A stretch of 64,000 bases of DNA from Akkermansia muciniphila (GCA_945883815.1 CAMCYJ010000008.1:1285-65284); one strand, 5' to 3'. Positions 36,728 to 46,852 are shown, counted from the first letter of the stretch. Numbers and translations: made by a program. Notes: a model not told the origin generated them from the letters alone.

Positions 36728-38119
36728 GTGAATCGCATCGCTGTCCTCAACGTGGTCGGTCTCAGTGACCGGCACATCGGTCCCCACACGCCGCGGTTGT
36801 CCGCGCTGCGCCAGCGGTGGCATCACGCCTCCATCGATCCGGCCATACCGGCGGTGACCTGCACCGCCCAATCCGACTACCTCACCGGCCGACGCCCCTC
36901 GGAGCATGGCATCGTGGCCAATGGCTGGTACGATCGTTCGCTCTCGGAGGTTCACTTTTGGAAGCAGTCCAATCACGTGGTCCAAGGTCCAAAGATCTGG
37001 GACGAGTTGAAAGCCCGAGATCCGCGCTTCACCTGCGCGAAGATGTTCTGGTGGTACAACATGTACTCTGGCGCGGACTGGTCGGTGACGCCCCGGCCGA
37101 TGTATCCGGCGGATGGACGGAAGTTCTTCGATGTCTACAGCTGGCCCTACGATTTGCGCCCCGCCCTGAAGCAGGCATTGGGCGACTTTCCGTTCCCGAC
37201 CTTTTGGGGGCCTGCCGCTGGAGTGCAGTCTCCGCAGGGTGCGCCCGATGCGGCCTCTCGGTGGATCGCCGGGTCGGCCAAGTGGATTGAGCAGAAACAC
37301 TTACCGACGCTGAACCTCGTCTACCTGCCGCATCTGGACTACAACCTCCAACGGTTGGGCCCGCAGCACCCTGCGGTGGCCGATGACCTGCGCCGCATCG
37401 ACGCGATCGTGGGAGATCTCTTGGACTTCTTTGCAGGGCGCGGGGTCCGTCCCATCCTGCTCAGCGAGTACGGCATTACCCCGGTGTCCCGCCCGGTGCA
37501 CCTCAACCGGATTTTCCGGGAGCGCGGTTGGATCACCATCAAGGAAGAGTTGGGACTCGAGCTTCCCGACATCGGAAACTCGAAGGCCTTCGCCGTGGCC
37601 GATCATCAGGTGGCACACATCGTGGTCAACGATCCTTCGATCGAAGACAAGGTTCGCGAGGTGGTGCTGGAGACCCCCGGGGTTGCGGAGGTGTATGGTC
37701 CGGCAGACAAGCGCATTCTGGGTCTGGATCACAGCCGCTCTGGAGACCTGATTGCCGTGGCCCAAGAGGATTCCTGGTTTACCTACTACCATTGGCTTGA
37801 CGATGCCAAGGCACCAGATTTTGCACGCTGCGTGGACATCCACCGCAAGCCCGGGTACGACCCGGTGGAACTCTTCCTGGACCCGGCGATTCCAGCCGTG
37901 AAGCTGAAGATCTTGTGGCGACTGCTGCAGAAGAAGCTCGGATTCCGGATGCTCATGGATGTCATCCCGCTGGATGCCAGCTTGGTGAAGGGGTCTCATG
38001 GCGCTCGTCCGGCGTCGCCTTTGGATTGGCCGCTGATCCTCTCCGAGCAGCGCCTGCCGGCCGACACGCTCCGGTCGACCGATGTTTACGGCGTCCTGAA
38101 ATCGGCTGTCCTAGGCTGA
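36728..38119 (+). CDS. alkaline-phosphatase-superfamily nucleotide pyrophosphatase/phosphodiesterase-like protein
   Basis: 463 aa. The N-terminal metal/nucleophile region is NVVGLS...PAVTCTAQSDYLTGRRPSEHGIVANGWYD, with later HLDY and DHQVAH-type metal ligands. Confidence 0.65.
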   Translation: MNRIAVLNVVGLSDRHIGPHTPRLSALRQRWHHASIDPAIPAVTCTAQSDYLTGRRPSEHGIVANGWYDRSLSEVHFWKQSNHVVQGPKIWDELKARDPRFTCAKMFWWYNMYSGADWSVTPRPMYPADGRKFFDVYSWPYDLRPALKQALGDFPFPTFWGPAAGVQSPQGAPDAASRWIAGSAKWIEQKHLPTLNLVYLPHLDYNLQRLGPQHPAVADDLRRIDAIVGDLLDFFAGRGVRPILLSEYGITPVSRPVHLNRIFRERGWITIKEELGLELPDIGNSKAFAVADHQVAHIVVNDPSIEDKVREVVLETPGVAEVYGPADKRILGLDHSRSGDLIAVAQEDSWFTYYHWLDDAKAPDFARCVDIHRKPGYDPVELFLDPAIPAVKLKILWRLLQKKLGFRMLMDVIPLDASLVKGSHGARPASPLDWPLILSEQRLPADTLRSTDVYGVLKSAVLG

Positions 38120-38199
38120 TCCTTCGGATCAACGCAGGTTCTGCAAAGACCAAATCCCGATGAGTATCGGGAGTTGGAGCGGCGTCCAATGAGGCATCC

Positions 38200-39117
38200 A
38201 TGAAGCCCATTAGGAATCCCCGCCTCAGGGCTATGCCGCTGATCTTGCTGATCTGCCTGGGTGCGGTGGCACAAACGGGGGGTTCCGATCCATCGTCGGC
38301 CCTTATTGTCGGCACCGGGCAACCTCCGGGTGCTGCGTTCTTGGGGCCGTTCCACATGGTGGTGCTCCATCTTCCCATCGGTCTCTTCAGCTTTGCTGCC
38401 TTCCTGGAATTGGTGGCGTGGTTCCGGCCCTTTGAAGGGTTGCGGCGAGTCTTGGCGGCCAGCCTCGGCCTGGGCGTGCTGATGGCCATCGTGACCGCAG
38501 TGCTGGGCTTGTACCGGTCTTCGGGAGGCGATTACTCGCCAGACCTCTTGATGCTGCATCGCAACACCGGGATCGCCATGACCGTCGTGGCGGGTTTGAC
38601 CCTGGTGCTCCACTCGGCGGTGCTGCAGTCAGCAAACCGATGGCTTTGGTGGTATCGGGGTTCTCTGGGAACCACGCTGGCTCTCTTGATGGCAGCCAGT
38701 CACTACGGTGGCAGTCTGACCCATGGAGAGGGGTTCTTGACCCAGAATGCTCCGCAGTTCATCCGCACTTGGATGGCTCGATGGGATCCACCGCACACCA
38801 ACGGTATTGTTTCCCGAGCAGACAGTGACACCAACGCCGTCGTGGTCACCCGGTTGTTCGAAGCCAAATGCCTTTCCTGTCATGGTCCTGAAAAACAGAA
38901 GGGGCAATTCCGCATCGACCAGCGCGAGTCGTTGCTCAAGGGCGGCGAGAGCGGGGTGGCTGCCGTGGTGCCGGGAGATCCGGGCAGGTCGGGGCTTTTT
39001 CGGATGATTCTGCTGCCAGTCACGCATGAGGAGGTCATGCCTCCGGCGGGCAAACAGCGTCTCGCCGATGCGGATATCCTTGCGGTGTTTCGATGGATTC
39101 AGGCGGGTGCGCCCTGA
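38200..39117 (+). CDS. membrane protein with C-terminal Planctomycete-type cytochrome c (PSCyt1) domain
   Basis: 305 aa. Four to five TM helices are followed by FEAKCLSCHGPEKQKGQFRIDQ...VMPPAGK...L..W (CxxCH). Confidence 0.75.
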   Translation: MKPIRNPRLRAMPLILLICLGAVAQTGGSDPSSALIVGTGQPPGAAFLGPFHMVVLHLPIGLFSFAAFLELVAWFRPFEGLRRVLAASLGLGVLMAIVTAVLGLYRSSGGDYSPDLLMLHRNTGIAMTVVAGLTLVLHSAVLQSANRWLWWYRGSLGTTLALLMAASHYGGSLTHGEGFLTQNAPQFIRTWMARWDPPHTNGIVSRADSDTNAVVVTRLFEAKCLSCHGPEKQKGQFRIDQRESLLKGGESGVAAVVPGDPGRSGLFRMILLPVTHEEVMPPAGKQRLADADILAVFRWIQAGAP

Positions 39118-39240
39118 GCCGTCAGACCCTCGGTGTTCGCTCGTCACGGGCCTCAATCCATTCCCCGATTGTTTTCTTCCCGATGGGATCTTTCCGGCGT
39201 GAGCGAATTCTCAAGAAAACTTTGTGAGCCTTCAGGGTTC

Positions 39241-40470
39241 TTACGGGGTTGTGTCGGTCGGAGGAAACACCCCTTCCCAGCGAGCAACGACGGCGGTGGC
39301 GAGGCAGTTGCCCACGAGGTTCACCGTGGTGCGGGCCATGTCCATGAGTTCATCCACGCCAATGATGAGCAGCACTCCTTCCAGCGGCAGGTCAAAGCTC
39401 ACCAGAGTGCCGGCCAAGATGACCTGCGAAGCCCGTGGGATGCCGGCCATGCCTTTGCTGGTCAGCATCAGGGTGAGCAGGATGACCAGTTGCTGGGAGA
39501 TCGTAAGATGGACCCCTGCGGCTTGAGCCACGAAGACCGAGGCGACCGCGAGGTAGAGCGTGGAGCCGTCGAGATTGAACGAATAACCCAGCGGCATGAC
39601 GAAGCTCACGATGCGCTTGGGCACCCCGAGGGCGGTGAGTCGTTTCATCGCATCCGGCATCGCGGCGTCGGAGGAGGTGGTGGTGAAGGCCAGCAGGATG
39701 GGTTCGCGGAGTTCAGTCAGGAATCGGCGCACCGGCACCCGGGCCCAGAGCGCCATCGGCAGCAGCACCGTGACCGCGAAGACGGCCAAGGCCAGGTAGA
39801 GCGTTCCGATGAGTTTGGCCAGGTTGGATAGCACCCCGAGGCCGCTGTGGCCGACCGTGTAGGCCATGGCCGCGCCGATGCCGACGGGCGCGAACTTCAT
39901 GACCACGCCGGTGAACTTGAACATCACCTCAGTCAACGACTCGCAGAAGCGGAGCATGGGAGTGCGTTGGGCTTCCGGTGTTTGAGCCAGTGCGATCCCG
40001 AAGAAAATCGCGAAGAAGACCACCTGAAGCACATCGTTGGCGGCCGCGGCCTCGAAGAAGCTTTTGGGCACGATGTGCTCGAGGATGCCGCTGAAGGTGA
40101 CCTTGGTGGCGGTGACCCCGGAGTTCGCCGAGCTGGCTGGCGGCAGCACCACGCCCACTCCGGGTTCGAAGACGTTCACGGCCACGAGGCCGATGGCGAG
40201 GGCGAGGGTGGTCACCACCTCGAAGTAGAGGATCGATTTCCAGGCGAGTCGGCCCACCGATTTGAGGTCTTCGCTGTGGCCGGCGATCCCCACTACCAGC
40301 GTCCCGAAGACCAAGGGCACCAGGATGCACTTGATCATCTTCAGGAACATGTTGGAGACGACCTTCAGACTCTGAGACTCGGCCGGGAAAGCCCATCCCA
40401 GCACGAGTCCGCCGAGCATGGCGATGAAGATCCAATGGGTGAGGGAGATGCTCCGCAAAAGTCGGGTCAT
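39241..40470 (-). CDS. dicarboxylate/amino acid:cation symporter (DAACS family)
   Basis: GltP/DctA-like multi-pass protein (SSSDAAMP-type hairpin motif TTSSDAAMPDAM, GVDELMDMARTTVNLVGN). The preferred start is ATG 40470 (MTRLLRSISLTHW). The ORF extends to 40509. Confidence 0.88.
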   Translation of the reverse strand: MTRLLRSISLTHWIFIAMLGGLVLGWAFPAESQSLKVVSNMFLKMIKCILVPLVFGTLVVGIAGHSEDLKSVGRLAWKSILYFEVVTTLALAIGLVAVNVFEPGVGVVLPPASSANSGVTATKVTFSGILEHIVPKSFFEAAAANDVLQVVFFAIFFGIALAQTPEAQRTPMLRFCESLTEVMFKFTGVVMKFAPVGIGAAMAYTVGHSGLGVLSNLAKLIGTLYLALAVFAVTVLLPMALWARVPVRRFLTELREPILLAFTTTSSDAAMPDAMKRLTALGVPKRIVSFVMPLGYSFNLDGSTLYLAVASVFVAQAAGVHLTISQQLVILLTLMLTSKGMAGIPRASQVILAGTLVSFDLPLEGVLLIIGVDELMDMARTTVNLVGNCLATAVVARWEGVFPPTDTTP

Positions 40471-40520
40471 GCTGGATTGAGCATCAGCTGACCCTGCCAC
40501 GGGAAACAAGGGCGGAGGGA

Positions 40521-40734
40521 GGGACAGGCTCTGGTCTGTTGACGAGGCGGACGAAGGGACAGGCTCTTTTGACGATCTTTTTTGGGGATTCTTTGGGTCG
40601 GGATCCGTGCGACGATCCAGTGTTTGCGGGCCGGTTGTGGAGGTTTGCAGTCTTTGGTGCTTGATTCAGCTTGGTTGGCCGCCAAGCCAACAGTGGGTGA
40701 CAGGCCGGCGGGATTCGCCAGAGAGGGACAGGCT
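40521..40734 (+). repeat. GGGACAGGCT motif cluster D (3 copies)
   Basis: Copies at 40521-40530, 40556-40565 and 40725-40734. The degenerate GGGTGACAGGCC lies near 40696. Confidence 0.85.
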
Positions 40735-40749
40735 ATCTTCGGCCTGTTT

Positions 40750-42078
40750 TCAGGCCAAGGCTCGGCAGATGGCGACGGCGGCGATCGCTCCGGCTGCATC
40801 GGCCGCCAAGCCGGCGAGGACTGCATGTCGGGTGCGCCGGATACCTATGGAGCCAAAGTATACTGCGATGACGTAGAAAGTGGTTTCGGTGCTGCCGAAG
40901 AGGGTTCCTCCCATGCGAGCAATCAAGCTGTCCGCGCCGTGGGTTTTCACCAGATCGGTGAACGCCGCCAGCGTGCCGCTGCCGGTCAACGGTCGGAGGA
41001 GCGTCATGGGCACCAGTTCGGGCGGATAGCCCACCCTGTTCAGCAGCGGTTCCAACCATCGGGTGAATCCCTCGATGCCACCGGCTCCTCGGAGGCATCC
41101 GATGGCCACCAACATGGCTACCAGATAGGGAATGATCCGGATGGCTGTTTCGAAACCCTCCTTGGCGCCAGTCACGAATTGCTCATGGACGGCCAAGCCT
41201 CGCAGTGCAGCGTAGATCGGAATAGCCACCAAGAGGAAGGGCAGGGCCACCAGCGACAAGGCATTGAGGGCCCGCAAGGCGACGGGAGCGGTATTGAGGG
41301 TTGCCTCGGATCCGGCCGGAGGATGCAAGGTGGCTTCGATGACGAATCCCGCGAAGCAAAGCAGCAGGACCAGCAATCCACAACGGCCAGCCCATCCCAA
41401 AGGACGCGGTGCGCTGAGAAGAACGGCCTCATGCGACTCTTTGGGTTCTTCTGCGGGGTAAGGTGAGGTGGGTGACGCAGTCAGGCCCTCTGCCATGCGG
41501 AACCAACGTAATCTCTGACTGGTTTTGACCACCAGTAATCCGGTCAGCGAAGAGCAAAGAGTGGCCAACAGCGTGGTGCCGACGATCCAGGTGGGGTTTT
41601 TGGAACCATTGGCTGCTAAAACCGCGATGGCCGTCACCGGGATCAACTGAACTGAACCGGTATTGATTGCCAGAAAGGTGCACATGGCATTGGAGGCCGT
41701 ATCCGGTTGGGGGTTCAGCCGTTGCAGCTCGCGCATGGCCCGAAGACCCATGGGTGTGGCCGCGTTGGTGAGACCCAGGGCGTTGGCTGTGACATTGAGG
41801 ACCATTGACCCAAGAGCGGGGTGTCCGGGGGGGACTTCGGGAAAGAGACGCCCCAAGACTGGCTTAAGAATTTGCGCCAGAGTGGTCACCAAACCAGCCT
41901 GCTCGGCCAAGCGAAGAATGCCGAGCCAGAGGGCCATGACCCCGATCAAACCCAGGGACACGGTCACGGCCGCATTGGCTCCCTGAATGGCCCCGTCGGT
42001 CATTCCTCCCAAGCGGCCGGTCATCCCAGCCAGCAGTGCCGCGACTGTCAGCAATCCAAGCCAGATCCCGTTCAGCAT
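40750..42078 (-). CDS. nucleoside-recognition (Gate) domain membrane protein, fused SpmA/SpmB-like
   Basis: 442 aa. The N-terminus MLNGIWLGLLTVAALLAG... is typical of SpmA. A second Gate-like half follows a linker. Confidence 0.75.
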   Translation of the reverse strand: MLNGIWLGLLTVAALLAGMTGRLGGMTDGAIQGANAAVTVSLGLIGVMALWLGILRLAEQAGLVTTLAQILKPVLGRLFPEVPPGHPALGSMVLNVTANALGLTNAATPMGLRAMRELQRLNPQPDTASNAMCTFLAINTGSVQLIPVTAIAVLAANGSKNPTWIVGTTLLATLCSSLTGLLVVKTSQRLRWFRMAEGLTASPTSPYPAEEPKESHEAVLLSAPRPLGWAGRCGLLVLLLCFAGFVIEATLHPPAGSEATLNTAPVALRALNALSLVALPFLLVAIPIYAALRGLAVHEQFVTGAKEGFETAIRIIPYLVAMLVAIGCLRGAGGIEGFTRWLEPLLNRVGYPPELVPMTLLRPLTGSGTLAAFTDLVKTHGADSLIARMGGTLFGSTETTFYVIAVYFGSIGIRRTRHAVLAGLAADAAGAIAAVAICRALA

Positions 42079-42158
42079 CTTCGCCTAGGGTGGAGAATCC
42101 ATATCCCTATTTCGATGCCGGAGTTGGATTTCTTTCAGGAAATCGCGCTTATCCTTCC

Positions 42159-42236
42159 TAGATGAAGCCTGTCCCTTAGATGAAGCCTGTCCCTTAGATG
42201 AAGCCTGTCCCTTCTTGGATGGATGGAGTCTGTCCC
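42159..42236 (-). repeat. GGGACAGGCT motif cluster E: 3 perfect 18-bp tandem units plus 1 variant
   Basis: TAGATGAAGCCTGTCCCT occurs three times (42159-42212). The variant AGTCTGTCCC lies at 42227-42236. Confidence 0.9.
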
Positions 42237-42350
42237 TCAAGCTTAACGGGGGTTCTAAATAGTGATTCAAATACTTGAAGATGTGGGCGGGTCCATCGTA
42301 AATTACGTAATCTGAAACTGGCCGGCATACCCACTGGCGCCTACCAACTC

Positions 42351-43091
42351 ATGCGCGTCGCGACTCCGCTCGATCCAGACCCCAAGGGGCCTGTTTACGA
42401 CGGAGGCCTGTTGGTTGACGCGGGGCCACCTGCAGTGATCGATTCCACTCCGGTGGTTTCGATTGCCCCTTCGCCCGATAGTCAGGAGGAGCCAGTTTCG
42501 ACTCCCGAAGAGTTGCGCAACAAATATCTGTTTCTGGATTTTCGAAAAGAGAACACCGCGTTGTTGACCATCCAAGAACGGCATAGCCGCGGTGATGTTC
42601 TCATCGACTCCAACAACTTGCGTTCCTCAATGGGCAAGACCACGCCGCTGAGTCAGGAAGCATTGTCTCAGTTGATGGAGGATGATCGATTTCGGAAGCC
42701 AGTGCTGTCGGTCACCGATATCCGGGTGTGCGGGCTGGTGCCTGGATCTCCAGGCATCCGGGGAGTTCGGTTGGACCTTTTTCTGAAGGATCGTGGAATC
42801 CATCTGCCACTCATCGAGGACCTGACGGTGGCTTGCGCGATTCATTATGCCATCACTGGGCGGCATCTCATTCCGCTGGGGCGCACTGTCAAGGCGGCCA
42901 ATGGCGTGATCCACACAAGCCGCACGGGGGGGCAATTGAAGGTGTTCTTGGATGATTTGGAGCGATTCTCCAACGACATCCTGCTGGTGGCTGCGGGAAC
43001 TGTTCCTCCAGGCGAGCAGTCCGTGTTGCCGAGTCGGCGCAGCGGCTTCATGCAACGCATCCAGCGGATGACCGGGCTCTCGTTTGGCTGA
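42351..43091 (+). CDS. hypothetical protein
   Basis: 246-aa ORF. A Pro-rich N-terminus is followed by a region that looks globular. I recognise no family. GC looks lower than in the neighbours by eye. The start is uncertain. Confidence 0.5.
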   Translation: MRVATPLDPDPKGPVYDGGLLVDAGPPAVIDSTPVVSIAPSPDSQEEPVSTPEELRNKYLFLDFRKENTALLTIQERHSRGDVLIDSNNLRSSMGKTTPLSQEALSQLMEDDRFRKPVLSVTDIRVCGLVPGSPGIRGVRLDLFLKDRGIHLPLIEDLTVACAIHYAITGRHLIPLGRTVKAANGVIHTSRTGGQLKVFLDDLERFSNDILLVAAGTVPPGEQSVLPSRRSGFMQRIQRMTGLSFG

Positions 43092-43323
43092 TTTGGGCCA
43101 GATGGACTGAAACCCGTTTTCGATTGTCCTGAGCCAGGGGCGATGGCTCGGTGATTCCAGACTTCCCGACTTCCCGGGTGACGCGGTGTGCCGGAAACAG
43201 TTGCCATGTTCCGGATTGCCCAGAGAAGTTTCAAATCAGCCCAGGAGTGCGTGCTCGACTCCATGAGGCCTCTCACGGATTTGTAGGTGGACCCTTCGGT
43301 GGATCTAGGAAGACTCTCAATCC

Positions 43324-44544
43324 ATGCACTCCACCGCCGTTCTTCTTTCTGTGCTGGCTGGCTCTTCGATGATGGTGCTGGCCGTGGAGCCGTTGGTTCC
43401 CCGGTTCCGTGCCGTCAACGTCGACACCAATGTGGCCGTCGGTTACGGGGTGACCGTGGCAGACGTAGACGGAGATGGCGGCCCGGACATCGTCTTGTGC
43501 GATGCCAAGCAGATCGCCTGGTATCGGCACCCGAAGTGGGAAAAACATGTCATCGCCGACAACCTCACGCCGCAAGATCATGTCTGCGTGGCCGCCGCCG
43601 ACATCGATGGCGACGGCAAGGCCGAGATCGCGGTGGGGGCCGGATGGAATCCCGGCGACACAGTGAATAGTGGGGCGCTCTTCTATCTGGAACCGCCCGC
43701 CGATCGGACTGCGCGCTGGACGCCGATCCGCCTGCCCCATGAACCCACGATGCACCGCATCCGCTGGGTGAAGGAACCGCAGGGCTGGGCGCTGTGGTCG
43801 GTGCCGTTGCACGGGCGCGGCAACAAGGACGGTCAAGGCGTCGGTGCCCGCATCCAGCGCCATCGACCGCCGGCCGATCGCCGCCAACCTTGGACTGTCG
43901 AGACGGTGGCCGATCAGTGGCACAAGACCCACAACTTCGATCCCGTGGTCCGGTCGGGCGCTCAGGCAGTGACCGAAGTGCTTGTGGGGTCGGCCGAAGG
44001 GGCGTTCCGGGGTCTGCTCGCAGGGGCCGGCGGTGCGGTTGCCAGTGCGGGTGGTGGGCCTGTGATATGGACTCAAATCGGCGGATCCGAAAATGGCGGC
44101 GTGGGTGAAATTCGCTCGCTGGGTGACGCGCTGGGGTCTGTGGTGGGCATTTCGCCGATGCACGGCAACCAGTTGGTGATCTTCCATCCGCCCGCTCCCG
44201 GGGCCGGTGCGACGACGGCCGCGCCGGGACTGGGACGATGCGAGGTCCTCGACGACGGGTTGATCGACGGCCATGCCCTGGCCTGCGGCGACCTGCTGGG
44301 CATCGGCCAACCGCAAATCGTGGCGGGATGGCGGGCCATGGGGCGGCCGCGTTCGGTAAAGGTCGGCGTGGCTCTCTACGTGCCGGTGGGGAACCGATGG
44401 ATGAAGGTGTGGGTGGATGACGACGGCATGGCCTGCGAGGACCTCACACTTGCCGACCTCGACGGCGATGGACGCTTGGACATCGTCGCGTCGGGACGTT
44501 CCACCCACAATCTGAAGGTGTATTTCAACGAGTCGACGCGCTGA
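43324..44544 (+). CDS. secreted FG-GAP/VCBS repeat protein
   Basis: 406 aa with a signal peptide. Contains repeated DxDGDG motifs flanked by hydrophobic strands (VADVDGDGGPDIV, AADIDGDGKAEIA, LADLDGDGRLDIV). Confidence 0.8.
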   Translation: MHSTAVLLSVLAGSSMMVLAVEPLVPRFRAVNVDTNVAVGYGVTVADVDGDGGPDIVLCDAKQIAWYRHPKWEKHVIADNLTPQDHVCVAAADIDGDGKAEIAVGAGWNPGDTVNSGALFYLEPPADRTARWTPIRLPHEPTMHRIRWVKEPQGWALWSVPLHGRGNKDGQGVGARIQRHRPPADRRQPWTVETVADQWHKTHNFDPVVRSGAQAVTEVLVGSAEGAFRGLLAGAGGAVASAGGGPVIWTQIGGSENGGVGEIRSLGDALGSVVGISPMHGNQLVIFHPPAPGAGATTAAPGLGRCEVLDDGLIDGHALACGDLLGIGQPQIVAGWRAMGRPRSVKVGVALYVPVGNRWMKVWVDDDGMACEDLTLADLDGDGRLDIVASGRSTHNLKVYFNESTR

Positions 44545-44554
44545 TCCGCCCGGG

Positions 44555-46852
44555 TCACTGGCCCGGCGCGGGGTTGGCAGGCGGGTTGGTGGAATCCTTC
44601 GGTGGGGTCGGGGCCGAGGTTCTGGACGACCGGTTTGGCAGGAGTCCGTAGCGCTTCATCAGTTCCTGACTCATCGGCATCGGCTGTGGGACCGGGGTCG
44701 GGGTCGCCGATTCCGGCGATGCGGGATTGGTTGATGGCGTCGGGGACACCGGAGACGTTGGTCGGGTCTGCAGCCCGTACCGTCGGGCCAACTCTGGATC
44801 CATCAGGAAGCGAGGATTGCTTCCGACCACAGGCTTTCTTTGGAAATGCTTCACGAAATCGTGCGACAGCCATCGGAATCCTCGCTGCCGGATGAGTTCA
44901 TCCACCAACTCCTCGGGCGACGGTCGGTTCGTGATGCCCAACGGGCTGAGGTACTCGGGAGTGAACTTGCCTTCCTTCTCGGCTTGGGTCGCGAATTGGA
45001 TGAACCACTCGCGACGCATTCGAAACGATGAGAGGTAATCGAACTCGGCGCGCTTTTGGCTCAGGCCGAAGTACAGCAGGCACCCCAGAAGCGATGCCGC
45101 CACCAGTCCTCCGCCAAGTTGTCCCCACTGGCGCGACACGGTGGACCACCCCATCCGCAGGCGTTGAGCGTTGAACCGTGCGGATTGGACGACGAACCCG
45201 ATCCAAATCGTGCCGAGGATCATCGCTCCGATCAGGGATGTTTGCTGGAGAGTTCCCAGAGACGGAAGCCACCGGGGCGGCATCTGGTTCAGCACCTTCG
45301 GATCCGTCACCTGGTCCAGGTCCGGTAAAACCCACCAGCTGCCCGATTGGCCATCCAACGTTAAAACCACCGCCCAGATGGTCAGGGCGCCGACCGCCCA
45401 GAGGCTGCCCAACAGCAGGGGAGTCAAGGCCACGGCCTTCATGCTGCTATGGCTGACGGAGGACGCGTAGAGGCTCGTTGCGAAGAGGGCGGCCAAGGCC
45501 ACGGCATACGCGGCGATGGGCAGCCACTCCGGCTTGCCGAAGGTGGTATCCAAGGCCTCCGCGTCGAAGCCCAGCCAGACCAAGGCGGCCGGCAAGATCA
45601 GACCCAGGGTCAGGGCCAATGCCGTAGCCACGCCCACCTTAATCCTCCACTGGCGTCCCATGGAGATCGGTTGGGTCCATTGCCACTCCAAGGTGCCCAA
45701 GACCCGTTCCTCGGCGATGGCGCTGGCTCCTGTGACGAGGAATATGAAGGCCCCGAGGATCCCGGCGCAGAGGGTCACTGTGGAGGTATTGGCCGCGGCC
45801 ACTCCCAACTCGCTTTCAGGAGCCCACTTGCGAACGAGGAGGCTCAGCCCCCATAGCCCCACCAGGATGCCTGCCACCAGCCAGGGCACGACATGCAGGC
45901 GAAGCTCCTTGCGGATGAGTTGTGCGGTCGCGGCCTGTCCGAGCCACCGACGGCCGAGCCATCGATCCCAGGCCCCGGTGAGGACATGGAGACCCGGTGC
46001 CGAGCCTCCTCCGGCGCCACCCTCGCGCCACTCCAGTCGTTTAAACACCCGCCAGCTCGCCAGGGCCATCGCACCGAGGTAAATCACGCCGCCCGCCCAG
46101 AGCAGCCACTGCTCCTCGCTGCTTCGATACAGAAGGTCCGGATAAACCCGGGCATGATACACATCCAGCACGGTTTGGAGGACCAAGTAGAGGGCCATCG
46201 GCACCGTCAGTGTGAAGACGAAACCCGCCAGGGTGCTGCGGCTGATCAAGGTGAAGAACGGGGCGGAGGCCAGGCCGACGATCAGGGAGCCCAGGGTCAT
46301 GGCCAGGATCTGAGGATCGCCCGCCACGGACCGTTTCGTGGTGAGGAAAAAGATCACCGCGGCCGTTCCGGCAATCCCACCGGCGACCCCGAGCTTTTCA
46401 CGATAGAGTTCACCACGGCTCCGGGGTTGCACCAGCCATTGGCCCACGGTGCGGTGTTCGTATTCGCTGCCGAAGGCGTTGGCGCAGAGCCAGAGGCAGC
46501 CCAGGCCGTACGCTTGGGCCGTCAGGCCGACATTCATTTCGGACACTCCCAGTTGGGCGACCAGGGCATTCACGGTAACTCCGAGGAACACGAGGCTCGC
46601 TCCGGGCATCTGGGCTCCGGTTTCCATTCGCAGCCTCGGGTTGGTCAAGAGCCCGCTCCCGGTCACCAGCAGGGTCAGCACGGACAGTATCACGGCCCAA
46701 GAGACCGGCCCGGAGAGCAGGGAAACCGGTTGCCATGTTTCTGCGGCCATCATCCAGCCCAGCCATTGACCGGCTGCCGGGGCCATCACCAACAGCATCA
46801 GCGGAATGAGCCGAGGCCAAGGGCTGCGCCAGGGAATTCTTGCGGCGATCAT
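44555..46852 (-). CDS. large multi-pass ABC-2-type permease-like membrane protein with Pro/Thr/Ser-rich C-terminal tail
   Basis: The start at ATG 46852 overlaps the ATPase stop (ATGA). The protein is 765 aa with at least 12 hydrophobic segments. The upstream 251 aa of the 1016-aa ORF lie out of frame over the ATPase gene and are rejected. Confidence 0.75.
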   Translation of the reverse strand: MIAARIPWRSPWPRLIPLMLLVMAPAAGQWLGWMMAAETWQPVSLLSGPVSWAVILSVLTLLVTGSGLLTNPRLRMETGAQMPGASLVFLGVTVNALVAQLGVSEMNVGLTAQAYGLGCLWLCANAFGSEYEHRTVGQWLVQPRSRGELYREKLGVAGGIAGTAAVIFFLTTKRSVAGDPQILAMTLGSLIVGLASAPFFTLISRSTLAGFVFTLTVPMALYLVLQTVLDVYHARVYPDLLYRSSEEQWLLWAGGVIYLGAMALASWRVFKRLEWREGGAGGGSAPGLHVLTGAWDRWLGRRWLGQAATAQLIRKELRLHVVPWLVAGILVGLWGLSLLVRKWAPESELGVAAANTSTVTLCAGILGAFIFLVTGASAIAEERVLGTLEWQWTQPISMGRQWRIKVGVATALALTLGLILPAALVWLGFDAEALDTTFGKPEWLPIAAYAVALAALFATSLYASSVSHSSMKAVALTPLLLGSLWAVGALTIWAVVLTLDGQSGSWWVLPDLDQVTDPKVLNQMPPRWLPSLGTLQQTSLIGAMILGTIWIGFVVQSARFNAQRLRMGWSTVSRQWGQLGGGLVAASLLGCLLYFGLSQKRAEFDYLSSFRMRREWFIQFATQAEKEGKFTPEYLSPLGITNRPSPEELVDELIRQRGFRWLSHDFVKHFQRKPVVGSNPRFLMDPELARRYGLQTRPTSPVSPTPSTNPASPESATPTPVPQPMPMSQELMKRYGLLPNRSSRTSAPTPPKDSTNPPANPAPGQ

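Noticed and set aside
42159-42236. Possible CRISPR array, also considered for 6190-6350
   Set aside because: The units are contiguous tandem repeats of 18-24 bp with no unique spacers of 30-40 bp, and there are no cas genes in the window.
42085-42270. 61-aa ORF with KGQASS x3
   Set aside because: It is an artefact of translating the 18-bp tandem array.
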